Part shown: one piece after another, positions 49,401 to 60,582 of the stretch | Layout of the letters: the number at the start of each line of letters is the position of its first letter | Position numbering within the stretch: the stretch's first letter is position 1 | The notes under the pieces: model-generated | What the model saw: the letters and a program-made list of their open reading frames with translations, nothing else | What the model was told of the DNA's origin: nothing | Database searches by the model: none | Translations under genes and position numbers: made by a program | From: an uncultured Acidobacteriota bacterium | GTDB taxonomy: Bacteria > Acidobacteriota > Thermoanaerobaculia > Multivoradales > SZUA-115 | DNA length: 64,000 bases | Assembly: GCA_963805975.1 (NCBI GenBank) | Contig: CAWDVR010000001.1 | Location: 416,001-480,000, forward strand | Reading direction: 5' to 3'

Positions 49401-50612
49401 TGCACCACCGTCAACTACACCAGCGCCGCAGCGGGTGGGGCCACCGGCAACACCGCGGCGGGTTCCGGCAACATCAGCGACACTCTGAACATGCCGTCCG
49501 GCAGCTCGGTGACCTACTCCGCGGTGTGCTCGATCAGCGCGACGGCCACGGGTACCCTCAGCAACACCGCCTCGGCCAGCATCAGCGCGCCGCCGGTTCC
49601 GGCCGGAGGCGGAGGTGGCGTGACCGACCCGAACCCCGGCAACAACTCGGCGACGGACGTCGACACGCTCGCGCCGCAGGCGAACCTGTCGATCACCAAG
49701 ACCGACGGGCTGACCAACGCGACGGCCGGCCAGGCGATCACCTACACCATCGTGGCCTCGAATCCCGGCGGGCCGAGCGCCGCGCCGGGGACCACGGTGG
49801 CGGACACCTTCCCGGCGGCTCTCACCGGCGTCACCTGGACCTGCGTGGGCGCGGGCGGTGGCACCTGCACCGCGGCCGGGGCCGGCAACATCAACGACGT
49901 GGTGAACCTGCCCGCCGGCGGCTCGGTGACCTACACGGTCAACGCCACGATCAGCGGCGCGTTCAGCGGCACGCTCTCCAACACGGCCACGGTCTCGGCC
50001 GCGGCGGGAGTCACCGATCCGGTGGGCGGCAACAACTCCGCCACCGACACCACCACGGTGGGGGCGGCGGGCGCTCCCGCGGTGACCGGCACCAAGGAGG
50101 TCTCCGGTGACCTCTCGCCGGGCGGCGCGATCACCTACACCATCGTGCTCACCAACAGCGGTGGCGCGGCGCAGGGCGACAACCCCGGCGACGAGTTCTC
50201 GGACCTGCTGCCGGCGCAGCTGACCCTGGTCTCCGCCTCCGCCACCAGCGGCACGGCGGTGGCCAACGTCGGCCTCAACACGGTGACCTGGAATGGCTCG
50301 ATCCCGGCCTCCGGCGGCACCGTGACCATCACCATCAACGCCACCGTCAACCCGGACGCCACCGGCACGGTCTCCAACCAGGGTGTTATCTCCTACGACA
50401 CAGACGGCGACGGCATCAACGACGGGACGAACCAGACCGACGACCCGAGCGAGGACGGCGCCGCCGACCCGACCGTGTTCGCGGTCGGCGGGCAGGGACC
50501 GAGCGCGATCGAGATCCCGACTCTCGACACCATGGGGCTCCTGCTCCTGGTGCTGGCGCTGGCCGGCTCGGCGTGGCTGGTACTGCGGCGGCGAGTGCGC
50601 GGGGCGGCGTAG
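46464..50612 (+). CDS. Large surface protein: PPC-like domains, P-proprotein domain, ~5 DUF11 repeats, IPTL-CTERM anchor
   Basis: ETEPN/ETESND..., AIPD...HTFMADL...GTWTL...GTLTGWSL, repeated ADLSITKTDG...NNSATDTD, EIPTL + TM + RRR. Confidence 0.9.
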   Translation: MARVRRSRTVLGAWVLICLLSVTLTGAQVFAAGFKITEIVPSGEVKGVGSTGAPGSSPTAVFTPLGQTFAGETEPNGTSATATPIVGTNVVIKANIVPNADQDFYSFTAAAGDRVYAATQTSHSGSASTDSILELFQSDGTTLIEGDEDDGSFGTLSSSIANVTIPSAGTFFLRVRHNSATVQLRPYYLHFQLRSGTPTPETESNDTFPGQALPAGGWVSGSTSALADIDFFSLSLNAGDTVYLSLDLDPERNGDWNGQLGLGTFGTPPLILVVNDSGAGFAPFTAPDSEAYFMTVKTTGTYAVLVNVPTGGTTFGTYTLSVSVHPNTTEGVNCTTYTSTDVPKAIPDAGAAVTSVLTVPGNPRIADIDVSVAGTHTFMADLDFHLISPAGNDNGLFTDVFNATTGGQSSLDVTIDDEAGTPPSFQVSAGMVHQPELNYRLSWLDGENAGGTWTLSIRDDVSVDTGTLTGWSLTICEPAPAPACAPGFAPQTVFSTDFESGAAGFTHSGAQDEWELGLPATAATTLANPVAAFTTCNSGTSCWKTDLDNTYNASSNQDLLSPAINLAGLSAPVVINWAHRYQMDTATNDHYTVSLQPVATPASAVRLFEFLDAVMTDAVGTPVANIGASAGWGNVRARADALAGQNTELVFHLDSGTGTTNFGGAAIDDVTVTACRALSADLSITKTDGVTTAVPGGSVTYTITASNAGVDPVTGATVADTFPASLTCTWTCVGAGGGTCTAAGSGNINDSVNLPSGGSVTYTASCTISASATGTLSNTATVSSSVADPVPGNNSATDTDTLTPQADLAVTKTDGVTSVGPGGSLTYTIVASNPGPSNATGATVADTFPASLTCTWTCVGAGGGTCTAAGAGNINDTVNLPSGGSVTFTASCTVSPSAAGSISNTATVAAPAGVTDPNPGNNSATDTDTVAQSADIAVTKTDGVTTAVPGQTTTYSIVVSNSGPSSAPAVLVTDSFPAACTTVNYTSAAAGGATGNTAAGSGNISDTLNMPSGSSVTYSAVCSISATATGTLSNTASASISAPPVPAGGGGGVTDPNPGNNSATDVDTLAPQANLSITKTDGLTNATAGQAITYTIVASNPGGPSAAPGTTVADTFPAALTGVTWTCVGAGGGTCTAAGAGNINDVVNLPAGGSVTYTVNATISGAFSGTLSNTATVSAAAGVTDPVGGNNSATDTTTVGAAGAPAVTGTKEVSGDLSPGGAITYTIVLTNSGGAAQGDNPGDEFSDLLPAQLTLVSASATSGTAVANVGLNTVTWNGSIPASGGTVTITINATVNPDATGTVSNQGVISYDTDGDGINDGTNQTDDPSEDGAADPTVFAVGGQGPSAIEIPTLDTMGLLLLVLALAGSAWLVLRRRVRGAA

Positions 50613-50660
50613 CAGGCAGGCAAGGCGGCGCTCGCGGGCGCCGCTCGGGTCCTCGAATGG

Positions 50661-50686
50661 AAGGGCGGTCCTCGGGCCGCCCTTTT
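50661..50686 (+). terminator. Rho-independent terminator
   Basis: aagggcggtc-ctcg-ggccgccctt followed by T-run, 50 nt after the stop of the surface protein. Confidence 0.75.
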
Positions 50687-50831
50687 CGTTATGACGAGCG
50701 CCAGGGACTCCCGAGAGAGAAAGCAGCGTCTGCAGCCCCCAGGCCTCGGCGACGACGGGAGCGGCGCTCCGGGTCGACGGCGGAGTGGTGCGGGCGATCG
50801 CGTGAAGGTGGTACCACTGGAGTGAAGAAGA

Positions 50832-50856
50832 GAGGGCGGCCCCAGGGGCCGCCCTC
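50832..50856 (-). terminator. Hairpin terminator after the M6 protease
   Basis: gagggcggcccc-a-ggggccgccctc followed on the minus strand by tcttctt. Confidence 0.65.
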
Positions 50857-50882
50857 GGTCTGCCAGTCAGTCGGTAAAGCAG

Positions 50883-53800
50883 TCAGTCGGTGAAGGCGGA
50901 GATGTCCGCGACGCTCGCCAGGTTGCCGCTCGGGTTCAGGTAGGTCTTGACCGCGCCGGTCAACGTGTCGGTGACGGTGATCTGGTACTGGACGTTCGAC
51001 AGCGCGCCGTAGAACACCCACCAGTGGTCGTTGACCGGTCGGCCGTCGAGCACCTTGAGGATCAGCTCGACATTGTCGGCGCGGAAGAACCAGAAGTAGC
51101 CCGTGTCGCTGGTCAGGGGCACCGCCTGGCCGCTGCCGTGGTGCGTGGGTGAGGTGCGCCAGGCGACCTCCACTTTGAAGCGGCTCGCGTTGAGGCAGAG
51201 GTTGGTGGAGCCGGACGAGCAGGCGGCCGGTGCCGTGGGAACCTCGGGCTCCAGGTCTCGGTGTGTCGCGAAGGCTGTGGCTGCTGCCTCGAGAGACGTG
51301 GAGCCGACTGCTGGTGCCGCCTCGGGAATGGCTTCGGTGTCCGCGACGCTGGCGAGCTCGCCGGGCCGGTTGCGGTAGACGCGCGTCTGCCCGCTGATCG
51401 TGTCGGTGACGCGGATGGTGTACGGCACGCTCGACAGAGCGCCGTAGAACACCCACCAGTGGTCGTTGACCGGGCGGCCGTCCAGTACTTTGATCACCAC
51501 CTCGACGTTGTCCGGCCGGAAGAACCAGAAGTAACCGGTGTCGCCGGTGAGCGTCACCGCGTGGCCCTCGCCGTCGTTGCCTGAGAAGTCCTCCCACACG
51601 ACCTGGATGCGGAAGCGATTCTGATTGAGGCAGAGGTGGGCGTCCGATGCCGAGCAGAGCGGCTCCGTGTCGCTCGCCTCGAGCACCGCGATCGAGGTCT
51701 CCACGGCAGCGGTCAACCCGGCGCTCGCCGGCCCCACGAAGCTCACGCCGCCTCCGGTCAGCACTGCCAGCTCGCTGGCCTGCTCGAGGAGCTCGGAGCG
51801 GTCGATCGGCGGCAGGCTGCCGTCCTCGCCCTGGGTCACGAAGGTGCCCGGCTCGTCGGCGATCAGGGTGAAGAGCGAGAGCTTGCTCGGCGGATAGGTG
51901 GTGGAGATCAGCGAGCGCACGAGATTGCGCCCCGCGGCCTTCTTGAGAGGAGCGCCGGGGTAGTCCTCGACGTCCGAATTGTGGAAGGGCGCGTCCGTCA
52001 GCAGGTAGACGACCCGATGCCGCCCGCTGACCCAGCCGAGGGAGCTGGGGGCCACCTCGCCTGTCGAGTTGCCGGGGATGTTGTCGGCGTCGAGATCGCG
52101 GCCGAGGCCGGTCAGGGCCTGGAACACGGCTTCGTACTGGGCTTCGGGTCCGTCTGCGCCGCCGTTGGGAGCCGGAAAGGTCGAGGGGTCGATGGCAGCC
52201 AGGAACGCACTGATATTGGTCGTGAAGGGCAGGAGAGTCTGGTAGGCGGTGTCCCCAGGGCTGCCGAAGTCGAAGCCGCCCGCCGGGTTGGGGAAGGGAA
52301 AGTCACGGAAGATGGCGATCCCGAAGCGAGCTCCGGGGAAGGCGACCTGCAGCTTGGTCGCCACCGCGGAAGCCTGGGCCTGGATCTGCGGCATGTCGTC
52401 GCCGTAGCTGCCCGAGTTGTCGATCAGGAACAGCACGTCGATGTTGCCGACGGTGGGAGACGGCAGTGCAAAGGCATCCACGTCGGCGGTCATCATGTTG
52501 CTGCACGAAGAGATGTTGGAGACCGAGACCCGGGTGGGCGAGGGGTTGTAGTTGTTGGTGTTCGGGTTGGTGGCGCCGGTGAACGAAGTCTTCACCGAGC
52601 TGCCGGGAAAGAGGTCGCCCGCGTCACCGCCGTTGGAGTTGGCTTCGAGGTGACAGGCACCGTCCGCCTGCTCCAGGGCGATCCCGTACTGCGCCTGCGC
52701 CTGCTGCACGAACACGCCGCACTTCTGGTTCTTGTTCACGGCGTTCGCGGCCGCATTGTTGATCAAGGTCGGCTCGTGGACGTGGTAGATGGCAAGGCCG
52801 CAGGTCTTGAGGTGCTTGTCGAAGCCCACCTGCTGGCGGTTCTCGAGCAGGAAGTACTCGCCGTTACCGATGTCGATGCGGAAGGCCTCGGGTGTCTGCT
52901 CGATCGCGTGAATGGGCAGCGCGGCCTGGGCGCTGGTCAGGAGCTCCGCGTTGAGCCAACCCAGGCGCTCCTTCTCCCAGGCGCTCATGTGCGCGGGACT
53001 CGACTGGGAGTTCCAGTTGCCCGCCGCCATCAGGCTCCAGAAGCCCAGGCCCGCGGAGTTGTCGTCGGTGTCGTAGAGGTCGGGGAGGCCGAAGATGTGC
53101 CCGGTCTCGTGCGCGAAGGTGCCGATGTCCAGCTCGGCGCCGGAACAGCCGAGTGCGCCCTGGATGGTGTAACTGTCGATCTTGATCTTGCCGCCGCCGG
53201 CCGCGTTGTCCGCGGTGTCGAGCTTGAAGCTGCCGGACCAGCCGCTGTAGAACCAGCGATGCGCCCAGAGGTTGGTGTTGTTGCACTCGCCGCCGGATTC
53301 GGGATGGATGAAGGCGATCTGGTCCACCACGCCGTCGTCGTCGCCGGAGTTGGGAACTCCGTCCGGCCCGTCGTTGTCGTACTGCCCGAAGTCGACGGTG
53401 GGATCAGTCCCCGCGACCCCGAGCTCGATGATCTCCTTCACGTGGCCGCTGGCGTCGAGGCCCTTCTTGTTCCCCGCATAGTAGATGTCGGTCTGCGGCA
53501 GCCCGACGTAGGGGAACACGTCGCCGGTGACCGTCAGCAGGCCGTAGGACATCTCGAGGTAGAAGTCCGTCACAGTGCCGTCCGGCAGGTTGGGGCCGGT
53601 GAACAGGATCTCGGCAATCCGGGTCGAAGGGACCGCCGCCGGTGCCGCCACGTTGCTGAAGTAAACTGGTACCACCGGAATGCGGACCGTGCCGGAGACG
53701 GCCAGCGCCTCGGGCCCGGCCGTGGAGAGTCCGCTCTTGGCCCGGAGGCGCTCGACGCGAGCGCGCTCGACCTTCGCCTCCAGGCCCCCGCGTACGGCAA

Positions 53801-53957
53801 AGTCCTCCGGGTGTGCACGGCGATACGCGAGGTACGCCTCCGGGAACTGGTGGCCGGGAGCGGGAGCGCTGGTCGCCTGGAGCCGCCCTCCCGCTATCCA
53901 GGTACAGGCCGCGAGCAGGAGCGCCAGCCGGCGCCTCCTGAGCTGGGTGCTGGGCAT
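50883..53957 (-). CDS. M6 (immune inhibitor A) metalloprotease + vWA + two C-terminal repeat domains
   Basis: VDFGQYDNDG, AHETGHIFGLPDLYD, WSLMAAG, YFLLENR; vWA FLIDNSGS...PEAQYEA...LTDAPFH; two CLN..RF...GYFWFF..DNVE..KVLDG domains. Confidence 0.92.
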   Translation of the reverse strand: MPSTQLRRRRLALLLAACTWIAGGRLQATSAPAPGHQFPEAYLAYRRAHPEDFAVRGGLEAKVERARVERLRAKSGLSTAGPEALAVSGTVRIPVVPVYFSNVAAPAAVPSTRIAEILFTGPNLPDGTVTDFYLEMSYGLLTVTGDVFPYVGLPQTDIYYAGNKKGLDASGHVKEIIELGVAGTDPTVDFGQYDNDGPDGVPNSGDDDGVVDQIAFIHPESGGECNNTNLWAHRWFYSGWSGSFKLDTADNAAGGGKIKIDSYTIQGALGCSGAELDIGTFAHETGHIFGLPDLYDTDDNSAGLGFWSLMAAGNWNSQSSPAHMSAWEKERLGWLNAELLTSAQAALPIHAIEQTPEAFRIDIGNGEYFLLENRQQVGFDKHLKTCGLAIYHVHEPTLINNAAANAVNKNQKCGVFVQQAQAQYGIALEQADGACHLEANSNGGDAGDLFPGSSVKTSFTGATNPNTNNYNPSPTRVSVSNISSCSNMMTADVDAFALPSPTVGNIDVLFLIDNSGSYGDDMPQIQAQASAVATKLQVAFPGARFGIAIFRDFPFPNPAGGFDFGSPGDTAYQTLLPFTTNISAFLAAIDPSTFPAPNGGADGPEAQYEAVFQALTGLGRDLDADNIPGNSTGEVAPSSLGWVSGRHRVVYLLTDAPFHNSDVEDYPGAPLKKAAGRNLVRSLISTTYPPSKLSLFTLIADEPGTFVTQGEDGSLPPIDRSELLEQASELAVLTGGGVSFVGPASAGLTAAVETSIAVLEASDTEPLCSASDAHLCLNQNRFRIQVVWEDFSGNDGEGHAVTLTGDTGYFWFFRPDNVEVVIKVLDGRPVNDHWWVFYGALSSVPYTIRVTDTISGQTRVYRNRPGELASVADTEAIPEAAPAVGSTSLEAAATAFATHRDLEPEVPTAPAACSSGSTNLCLNASRFKVEVAWRTSPTHHGSGQAVPLTSDTGYFWFFRADNVELILKVLDGRPVNDHWWVFYGALSNVQYQITVTDTLTGAVKTYLNPSGNLASVADISAFTD

Positions 53958-54143
53958 CGTGAAAGTCCTTTCCGCGCCGGAGCGCCGGGTGAAGAGGGCC
54001 GTCCAGCGGAGCTACCGCCCTCGTGAGCTGGGTATGAGGGTAAGAACGCCCAGGACGAGGCGTTCCCCTCACTCGGCTGGCGGCGTCGGACCGACGCGGG
54101 ACAATCTGGCAGTGGTGAAACCCACCGCCGTAGCAAGGCGGGT

Positions 54144-54170
54144 GAGAGGGCGGCTTTGGACCGCCCTCTC
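54144..54170 (-). terminator. Hairpin after the small metallopeptidase gene
   Basis: gagagggcgg-ctttgga-ccgccctctc, starting 7 nt past the stop at 54177. Confidence 0.55.
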
Positions 54171-54176
54171 GTCGTT

Positions 54177-55115
54177 TTACGGAGCCCCTTCCGGGAAGAA
54201 CATCGCCGGGTAGCCGAGGCAGATGCGGTCGCCCTCGGGGCCGATGCCGCAGTTGCCGGACAGGCACTCCGAGCTGGCGCGGCAGAAGACGCCGTTGGGA
54301 ATGTTCTGGGCGCGCTTGGGGTAGGCCGTGGTGGGCAGGCAGAGCAGCCGCGGCTCGCTCCAGTTGCCGCCGCAGCGCTTGGAGGCGCACTCGAAGTCGA
54401 TCTCGCAGTACGACCAGTTGCTGCGCTTGGCGACGCTCGCCGGGTCGAGCTGCACCGTCGCCGGCTCGCTGCCGGTGAAGTGCTTGTTGATCCAGTCGCC
54501 GTGGAAGTTCATGATCGAATTGGGATCGCTCGAGTGCGGCAGCGAGAAGGTGTGGCCCAGCTCGTGAGCCACCGTGCCGTGCCAGATCTCCGGCGTGCAC
54601 CACCAGTTGCCGGCGCACTTGGCGGTGTCCATCAAAGACTCCATGCCGACTACCGCGTAGCCTTGGCCCGAGGTGTTGCCCGTGCCGCCGGCCCAGCCGA
54701 GGAAGCCGGCACCGATGATCAGCAGCTTCTGTCGTACGTCGCCCGGCGCCCAGGGATCGAGGCCGAGGCTGGTGGCGGTGTCGCCGATACAGGGCCCCAT
54801 GTCAGCCAGGCACTGGGCGGCCGTGTAGTGGCCCCGGAACACGATCAGATCTTCGAAGATCACGTTGTCGCCCGGCAGCTCGCGCGAGTACCAGCGCGAG
54901 ACGTTGGCGAGCCCGCGCGACACGCCGGAGGCGTGATAGTCGAGGAGGGCCTCGCCCTGCGGCCCGTCGTACTGGGTGGCGGCCGCCGGCACGTAGAGCA
55001 CCGAGGCCACGCGCGAGGTGATCGCCGCCTGCGCCGGGCCGGCCACCAGCCCTCCCAGCGTCGCTGCGAGAGTCACGATTCCGTTCACGGTCCAAACTCT
55101 GCTCGTCTTGTTCAT
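54177..55115 (-). CDS. Secreted metzincin metallopeptidase with Cys-rich C-terminus
   Basis: Signal peptide; HELGHTFSLPH + SIMNF Met-turn; two C-x5-C-S-x-x-C modules. Confidence 0.85.
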   Translation of the reverse strand: MNKTSRVWTVNGIVTLAATLGGLVAGPAQAAITSRVASVLYVPAAATQYDGPQGEALLDYHASGVSRGLANVSRWYSRELPGDNVIFEDLIVFRGHYTAAQCLADMGPCIGDTATSLGLDPWAPGDVRQKLLIIGAGFLGWAGGTGNTSGQGYAVVGMESLMDTAKCAGNWWCTPEIWHGTVAHELGHTFSLPHSSDPNSIMNFHGDWINKHFTGSEPATVQLDPASVAKRSNWSYCEIDFECASKRCGGNWSEPRLLCLPTTAYPKRAQNIPNGVFCRASSECLSGNCGIGPEGDRICLGYPAMFFPEGAP

Positions 55116-55362
55116 CGTTTTCTCCTTCCTCTGGAAATCAGGGTGTCGAAACCATCACGGTGCAGACACGGCGACGCCGCCTGCACCGAGCGGGCCTCGG
55201 GAGCAACCCTCCTGCCAGGAGCGAGAGCGTTTGGAATCAGAGGCTTGAGCGAGAAGGGCGTCCCGGCCGTGGAAGCTGGAGGCCGGGCAGTGGGGGCGCC
55301 AGTCTCAACTGTGGGACGGCAGACGCGGGCTGGTCACGCGCCCCCCGCAAGCTGGATGCAGG

Positions 55363-57288
55363 CTAGGAGCCCGCAGCCGCCTTGGCCGGCAGTGCGGGCG
55401 GCATGGCGAAGCGGGCCATGTCCAGCGGCGGGTTGAGGGCCACCTTCTCGATCACCATCACCGCGAGGCGGGCGCCGTACTCCTGCTCGATGTGGTGGGG
55501 AAGCATCACATCGCCGACCTTGCGGAAGTCGGAAAAGAAGCTGCGCTTCCGCATCGAGCTCCCGGACTGGGTGAAGTCCCATGTGGTCGAGTCCACCGCC
55601 ACCTCGAGAAAGGTCTTGGGGTCGAGGTGCCAGGTCTCGACCTCGCCCGAGGCGAGGGTCAGCTCGAGGTCGAGGGTGGGCGCGCCGTCGAGGTCGCCGG
55701 GGCCGATCCAACGGAGCTTGTGGCCCTTGGCCTGCCAGTCGAGGAGCGGCGGCTCGAGCATCGCGTCGCGGGCCAGTAGCTCCTTGTAGGGCGTCTCCGG
55801 GCGCTGGGGTCCCTCCTCGCCGGCGAGCGGCCACACCCACCACGGTCCGGTCTCGTCCTGGCCGAAGACGAAGGGCCCGCCCAGCGTGGCGCTCTCGAAG
55901 CGGAACCATTGCGGCCGCTTGCGTTCCAGGGAGAAGGCCGTCTTCTTGCTGAAGGTCGAGTAGGAGCCGGTCCACGCCATGGCCTCGACGGCGCGCCAGG
56001 CGGCCACGCCGCCGCGCGCCGCGGCGTAGCGGGAGGCGGCGTCCGAGGGATCTGGCGCCGGCGCCAGGTCCACGGCGGCGATCTCGTCCTGGTCGCGCAC
56101 GAAGAGCGTGTCGCCGGCGAGCGAGGGCGAGGTCCAGGCGCGCCCGGTCAGCACCTGGGCGCGGCCGCGCTCGCGATACTCCGTCGGGTTGGCCTCGACC
56201 AGCGCCAGCACGCCTTCGTCGGAGAGCACGTAGAGCAGGCCGTCCGCCGCCACCAGCGAGCCCTTGCCCAGGCCGCGCATCGCCCAGGTCTGCTCGCCGG
56301 TCGCCGCCGAGATGCACTTGAAGGTCGCGTTGTCGAAACCGTAGATGGCGTCGCCCACCACGACCGAGGCGTTGAAATGGTTGCGCATGCGGGGGTTGCG
56401 CCACACGTCCTCCACCTTGGGCTGGCCGTTCTCGGCTCCCACCCGGACCAGGAGGGCGCCGGCGTCGTCGCCGGCCGAGACGTAGATCTTGTCCGGCGGC
56501 AGGAAGAGCGGCAGGGCAACCGGGCCCGGCGGGGTCGGGTGCGTCCAGTAGACCTTGCCGTCCGGCAGCACCGAGACGAGCTGTGGCGACGGGTTGCGGC
56601 GCAGGAACACGATCTGGTGCTTGCCGCCGATGTCGACGGCGATCGGCGACGAATAGCTGGCCTCGCCTTCGCCCGCCGTCCAGCGCACGGCGCCCGTCCT
56701 CTTGTCGAAGGCGGCGAGCGCGCGGCCCTCGGTGCCTCCCACCTCGAGGAGCAGGAGATCGCCGTCGACGAGCGGCGACGGCGAGAAGCCCCAGCGCGGC
56801 ACGGCGCTGCCGAAGGTCTTGGGCAGGTCCACGGTCCAGAGCTTGGAGCCGTCCGCCGCCTTGAGAGCGAAGAGCCCGCCCTGTGCGCCGAGCACGAAGA
56901 CCACCTCGCCGTCGAGGGTGGGCGTCGAGCGCGGGCCGTCGCCGAACTCCTCGACGAAGCGCCCGCCGAGCTCGAAGCGCCAGAGCTCCTTGCCGGTGGC
57001 GGTGTCCAGGCTGAAGGCGTACTCCTTCTCGCCGTCCGCCGCCAGGGTATAGAGACGGCCGTCCACCACCGACATTCCCGAGAAGCCGGCGCCGATCGCC
57101 TGCTTCCAGGCCACGCGCGGCCCGCCCTCCGGCCAGTCGCGGGCCAGGCCCTTGGCCGCCGAGCGGCCGTCCCGCCCGGCGCCTCGGAACTGCGGCCAGT
57201 CGGCGGCCGGGTCGGGGTCGCGAGCGAGGGCGGCGAGACCGGAGAGCAGAAAGCCGGTGGCAACGAGCAGACGCGAGATCGGGCGCAT
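55363..57288 (-). CDS. PQQ-like (BamB-type) beta-propeller fused to a LolA-like/outer-membrane sorting domain
   Basis: DWPQFRG, TGKELW, GPRSTP, SYSSP, WTSPSL; C-term ARGGVAAW...W.LDPKTFL...FSDFRKVGDVMLPH...NPPLD..F.MP. Confidence 0.85.
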   Translation of the reverse strand: MRPISRLLVATGFLLSGLAALARDPDPAADWPQFRGAGRDGRSAAKGLARDWPEGGPRVAWKQAIGAGFSGMSVVDGRLYTLAADGEKEYAFSLDTATGKELWRFELGGRFVEEFGDGPRSTPTLDGEVVFVLGAQGGLFALKAADGSKLWTVDLPKTFGSAVPRWGFSPSPLVDGDLLLLEVGGTEGRALAAFDKRTGAVRWTAGEGEASYSSPIAVDIGGKHQIVFLRRNPSPQLVSVLPDGKVYWTHPTPPGPVALPLFLPPDKIYVSAGDDAGALLVRVGAENGQPKVEDVWRNPRMRNHFNASVVVGDAIYGFDNATFKCISAATGEQTWAMRGLGKGSLVAADGLLYVLSDEGVLALVEANPTEYRERGRAQVLTGRAWTSPSLAGDTLFVRDQDEIAAVDLAPAPDPSDAASRYAAARGGVAAWRAVEAMAWTGSYSTFSKKTAFSLERKRPQWFRFESATLGGPFVFGQDETGPWWVWPLAGEEGPQRPETPYKELLARDAMLEPPLLDWQAKGHKLRWIGPGDLDGAPTLDLELTLASGEVETWHLDPKTFLEVAVDSTTWDFTQSGSSMRKRSFFSDFRKVGDVMLPHHIEQEYGARLAVMVIEKVALNPPLDMARFAMPPALPAKAAAGS

Positions 57289-57348
57289 GGGGTCAGTCTC
57301 CTACGGTTGTAGGTAGATCATACGGGAGAACCAGGTGGAGGTTGCGGC

Positions 57349-57460
57349 GCCCCTCACCCTGGCCCTCTCCCCGCTGACGCGGGGCGAGGGGACCGGATCG
57401 GAAACCGCCGTGGAGCTCCGGCCCCCTCTCCCGCTTGCGGGAGAGGGCTGGGGTGAGGGT
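57349..57460. repeat. REP-like inverted pair (cccctcaccc..ccctctccc family)
   Basis: cccctcaccctggccctctccccg...ggggcgagggg and cccctctcccgcttgcgggagagggctggggtgaggg. Confidence 0.85.
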
Positions 57461-57463
57461 TCT

Positions 57464-59380
<1,917 letters not shown>

Positions 59381-59528
59381 TCCTGGGTTCCTCCCCCGCC
59401 GGTTCGCTACGGCGAAGCGAGGGACTGTAGCACGCCGGGTCGGCGCCGGAGATCCCCGTGACCGCGGTGCTAAACTGTTCCCGCTCTCGACTCCCAGACG
59501 AGCGAAATCCATCTCATCCGGAGGAGCC

Positions 59529-60425
59529 TTGACCCAGACCGTCAGTGCGATCGGCGTGCCCATGGATCTGGGCCAGTCGCGGCGCGGCGTGGACATGGGG
59601 CCGGGTGCCGTGCGCTACGCCGGCCTCGGCGACCGCGTGCGGGGCCTGGGCCGCAGCTTCAAGGACCGGGGCGACATCAGGATCGGTCTGCGCGATCACC
59701 TACCGCCCGAGGGCGGGCTCGCCTTCCTGCCCGCCGTGGTCGAGGCCTGCGAAGCGGTCTACCGGGCCGGTGTCGAGGCGATCGCGGCCGGCGAGATGCC
59801 GATCTTCGTGGGTGGCGATCACTCGATCGCCCTGGGGACGGTCGGCGCCGCCACCCATCACGAGCGCGTGGGTGTGCTATGGATCGACGCGCACGGCGAC
59901 TTCAACACCCCCGAGACCTCGCCGTCGGGCAACCTGCACGGTATGCCGCTCGCCGCGCTCACCGGCCGGGGTGCCGCCGCCATGGTGGACATCGGACGGC
60001 CGGGAGCTAAGGTCGATGCCGCCGACGTGGTGCTGATCGGCACCCGCGACCTCGATCCGCCGGAGCGCGAGCTACTGCGCGGCTCGGGCGCCAAGACCTT
60101 CACCATCTCGGAGGTGGACGAGGAAGGGATCGGCGCGGTGGCCCGCGAGGCGGCCCGTTACCTCGCCGGCCGCGGCCTGTCGCGCATCCACGTGAGCCTG
60201 GACATGGACGTGCTCGATCCGCGCTTCGCGCCGGGCGTGGGTACGCCGGTCTACGGCGGCTTCAACCCGCGCGAGGCGCACCTGCTGCTCGAGATCCTGT
60301 CCAAGGAGTGCCAGGTGGGATCGATGGACGTGGTGGAGATCAACCCCATCCTGGACCAGCACAACCAGACGGCCGAGCTGGCGGTGGAGCTGATCCTGTC
60401 GATGCTGGGGAAGAGAATCCTGTAA
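59529..60425 (+). CDS. rocF: Arginase
   Basis: [56 protein letters not shown]; GGAGG + TTG start. Confidence 0.95.
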   Translation: MTQTVSAIGVPMDLGQSRRGVDMGPGAVRYAGLGDRVRGLGRSFKDRGDIRIGLRDHLPPEGGLAFLPAVVEACEAVYRAGVEAIAAGEMPIFVGGDHSIALGTVGAATHHERVGVLWIDAHGDFNTPETSPSGNLHGMPLAALTGRGAAAMVDIGRPGAKVDAADVVLIGTRDLDPPERELLRGSGAKTFTISEVDEEGIGAVAREAARYLAGRGLSRIHVSLDMDVLDPRFAPGVGTPVYGGFNPREAHLLLEILSKECQVGSMDVVEINPILDQHNQTAELAVELILSMLGKRIL

Positions 60426-60453
60426 CGGCCGGCCCTCTCGTACCTGAAAAGAG

Positions 60454-60566
60454 TGGATTCCCGCTTTCGCGGGAATGACAGCCCGGGCGCTGAGCGCGGC
60501 TCTGTCGGGCTGGCGTGGGCACCGCGGCTCGGGCTTTCGTCATTCCCGCGAAAGCGGGAATCCATC
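60454..60566. repeat. REP-like inverted pair (gtcattcccgcgaaagcgggaatcca family)
   Basis: tggattcccgctttcgcgggaatgac ... gtcattcccgcgaaagcgggaatcca, exact inverted copies between convergent genes. Confidence 0.9.
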
Positions 60567-60582
60567 CGACTCTGTGCCTGGG

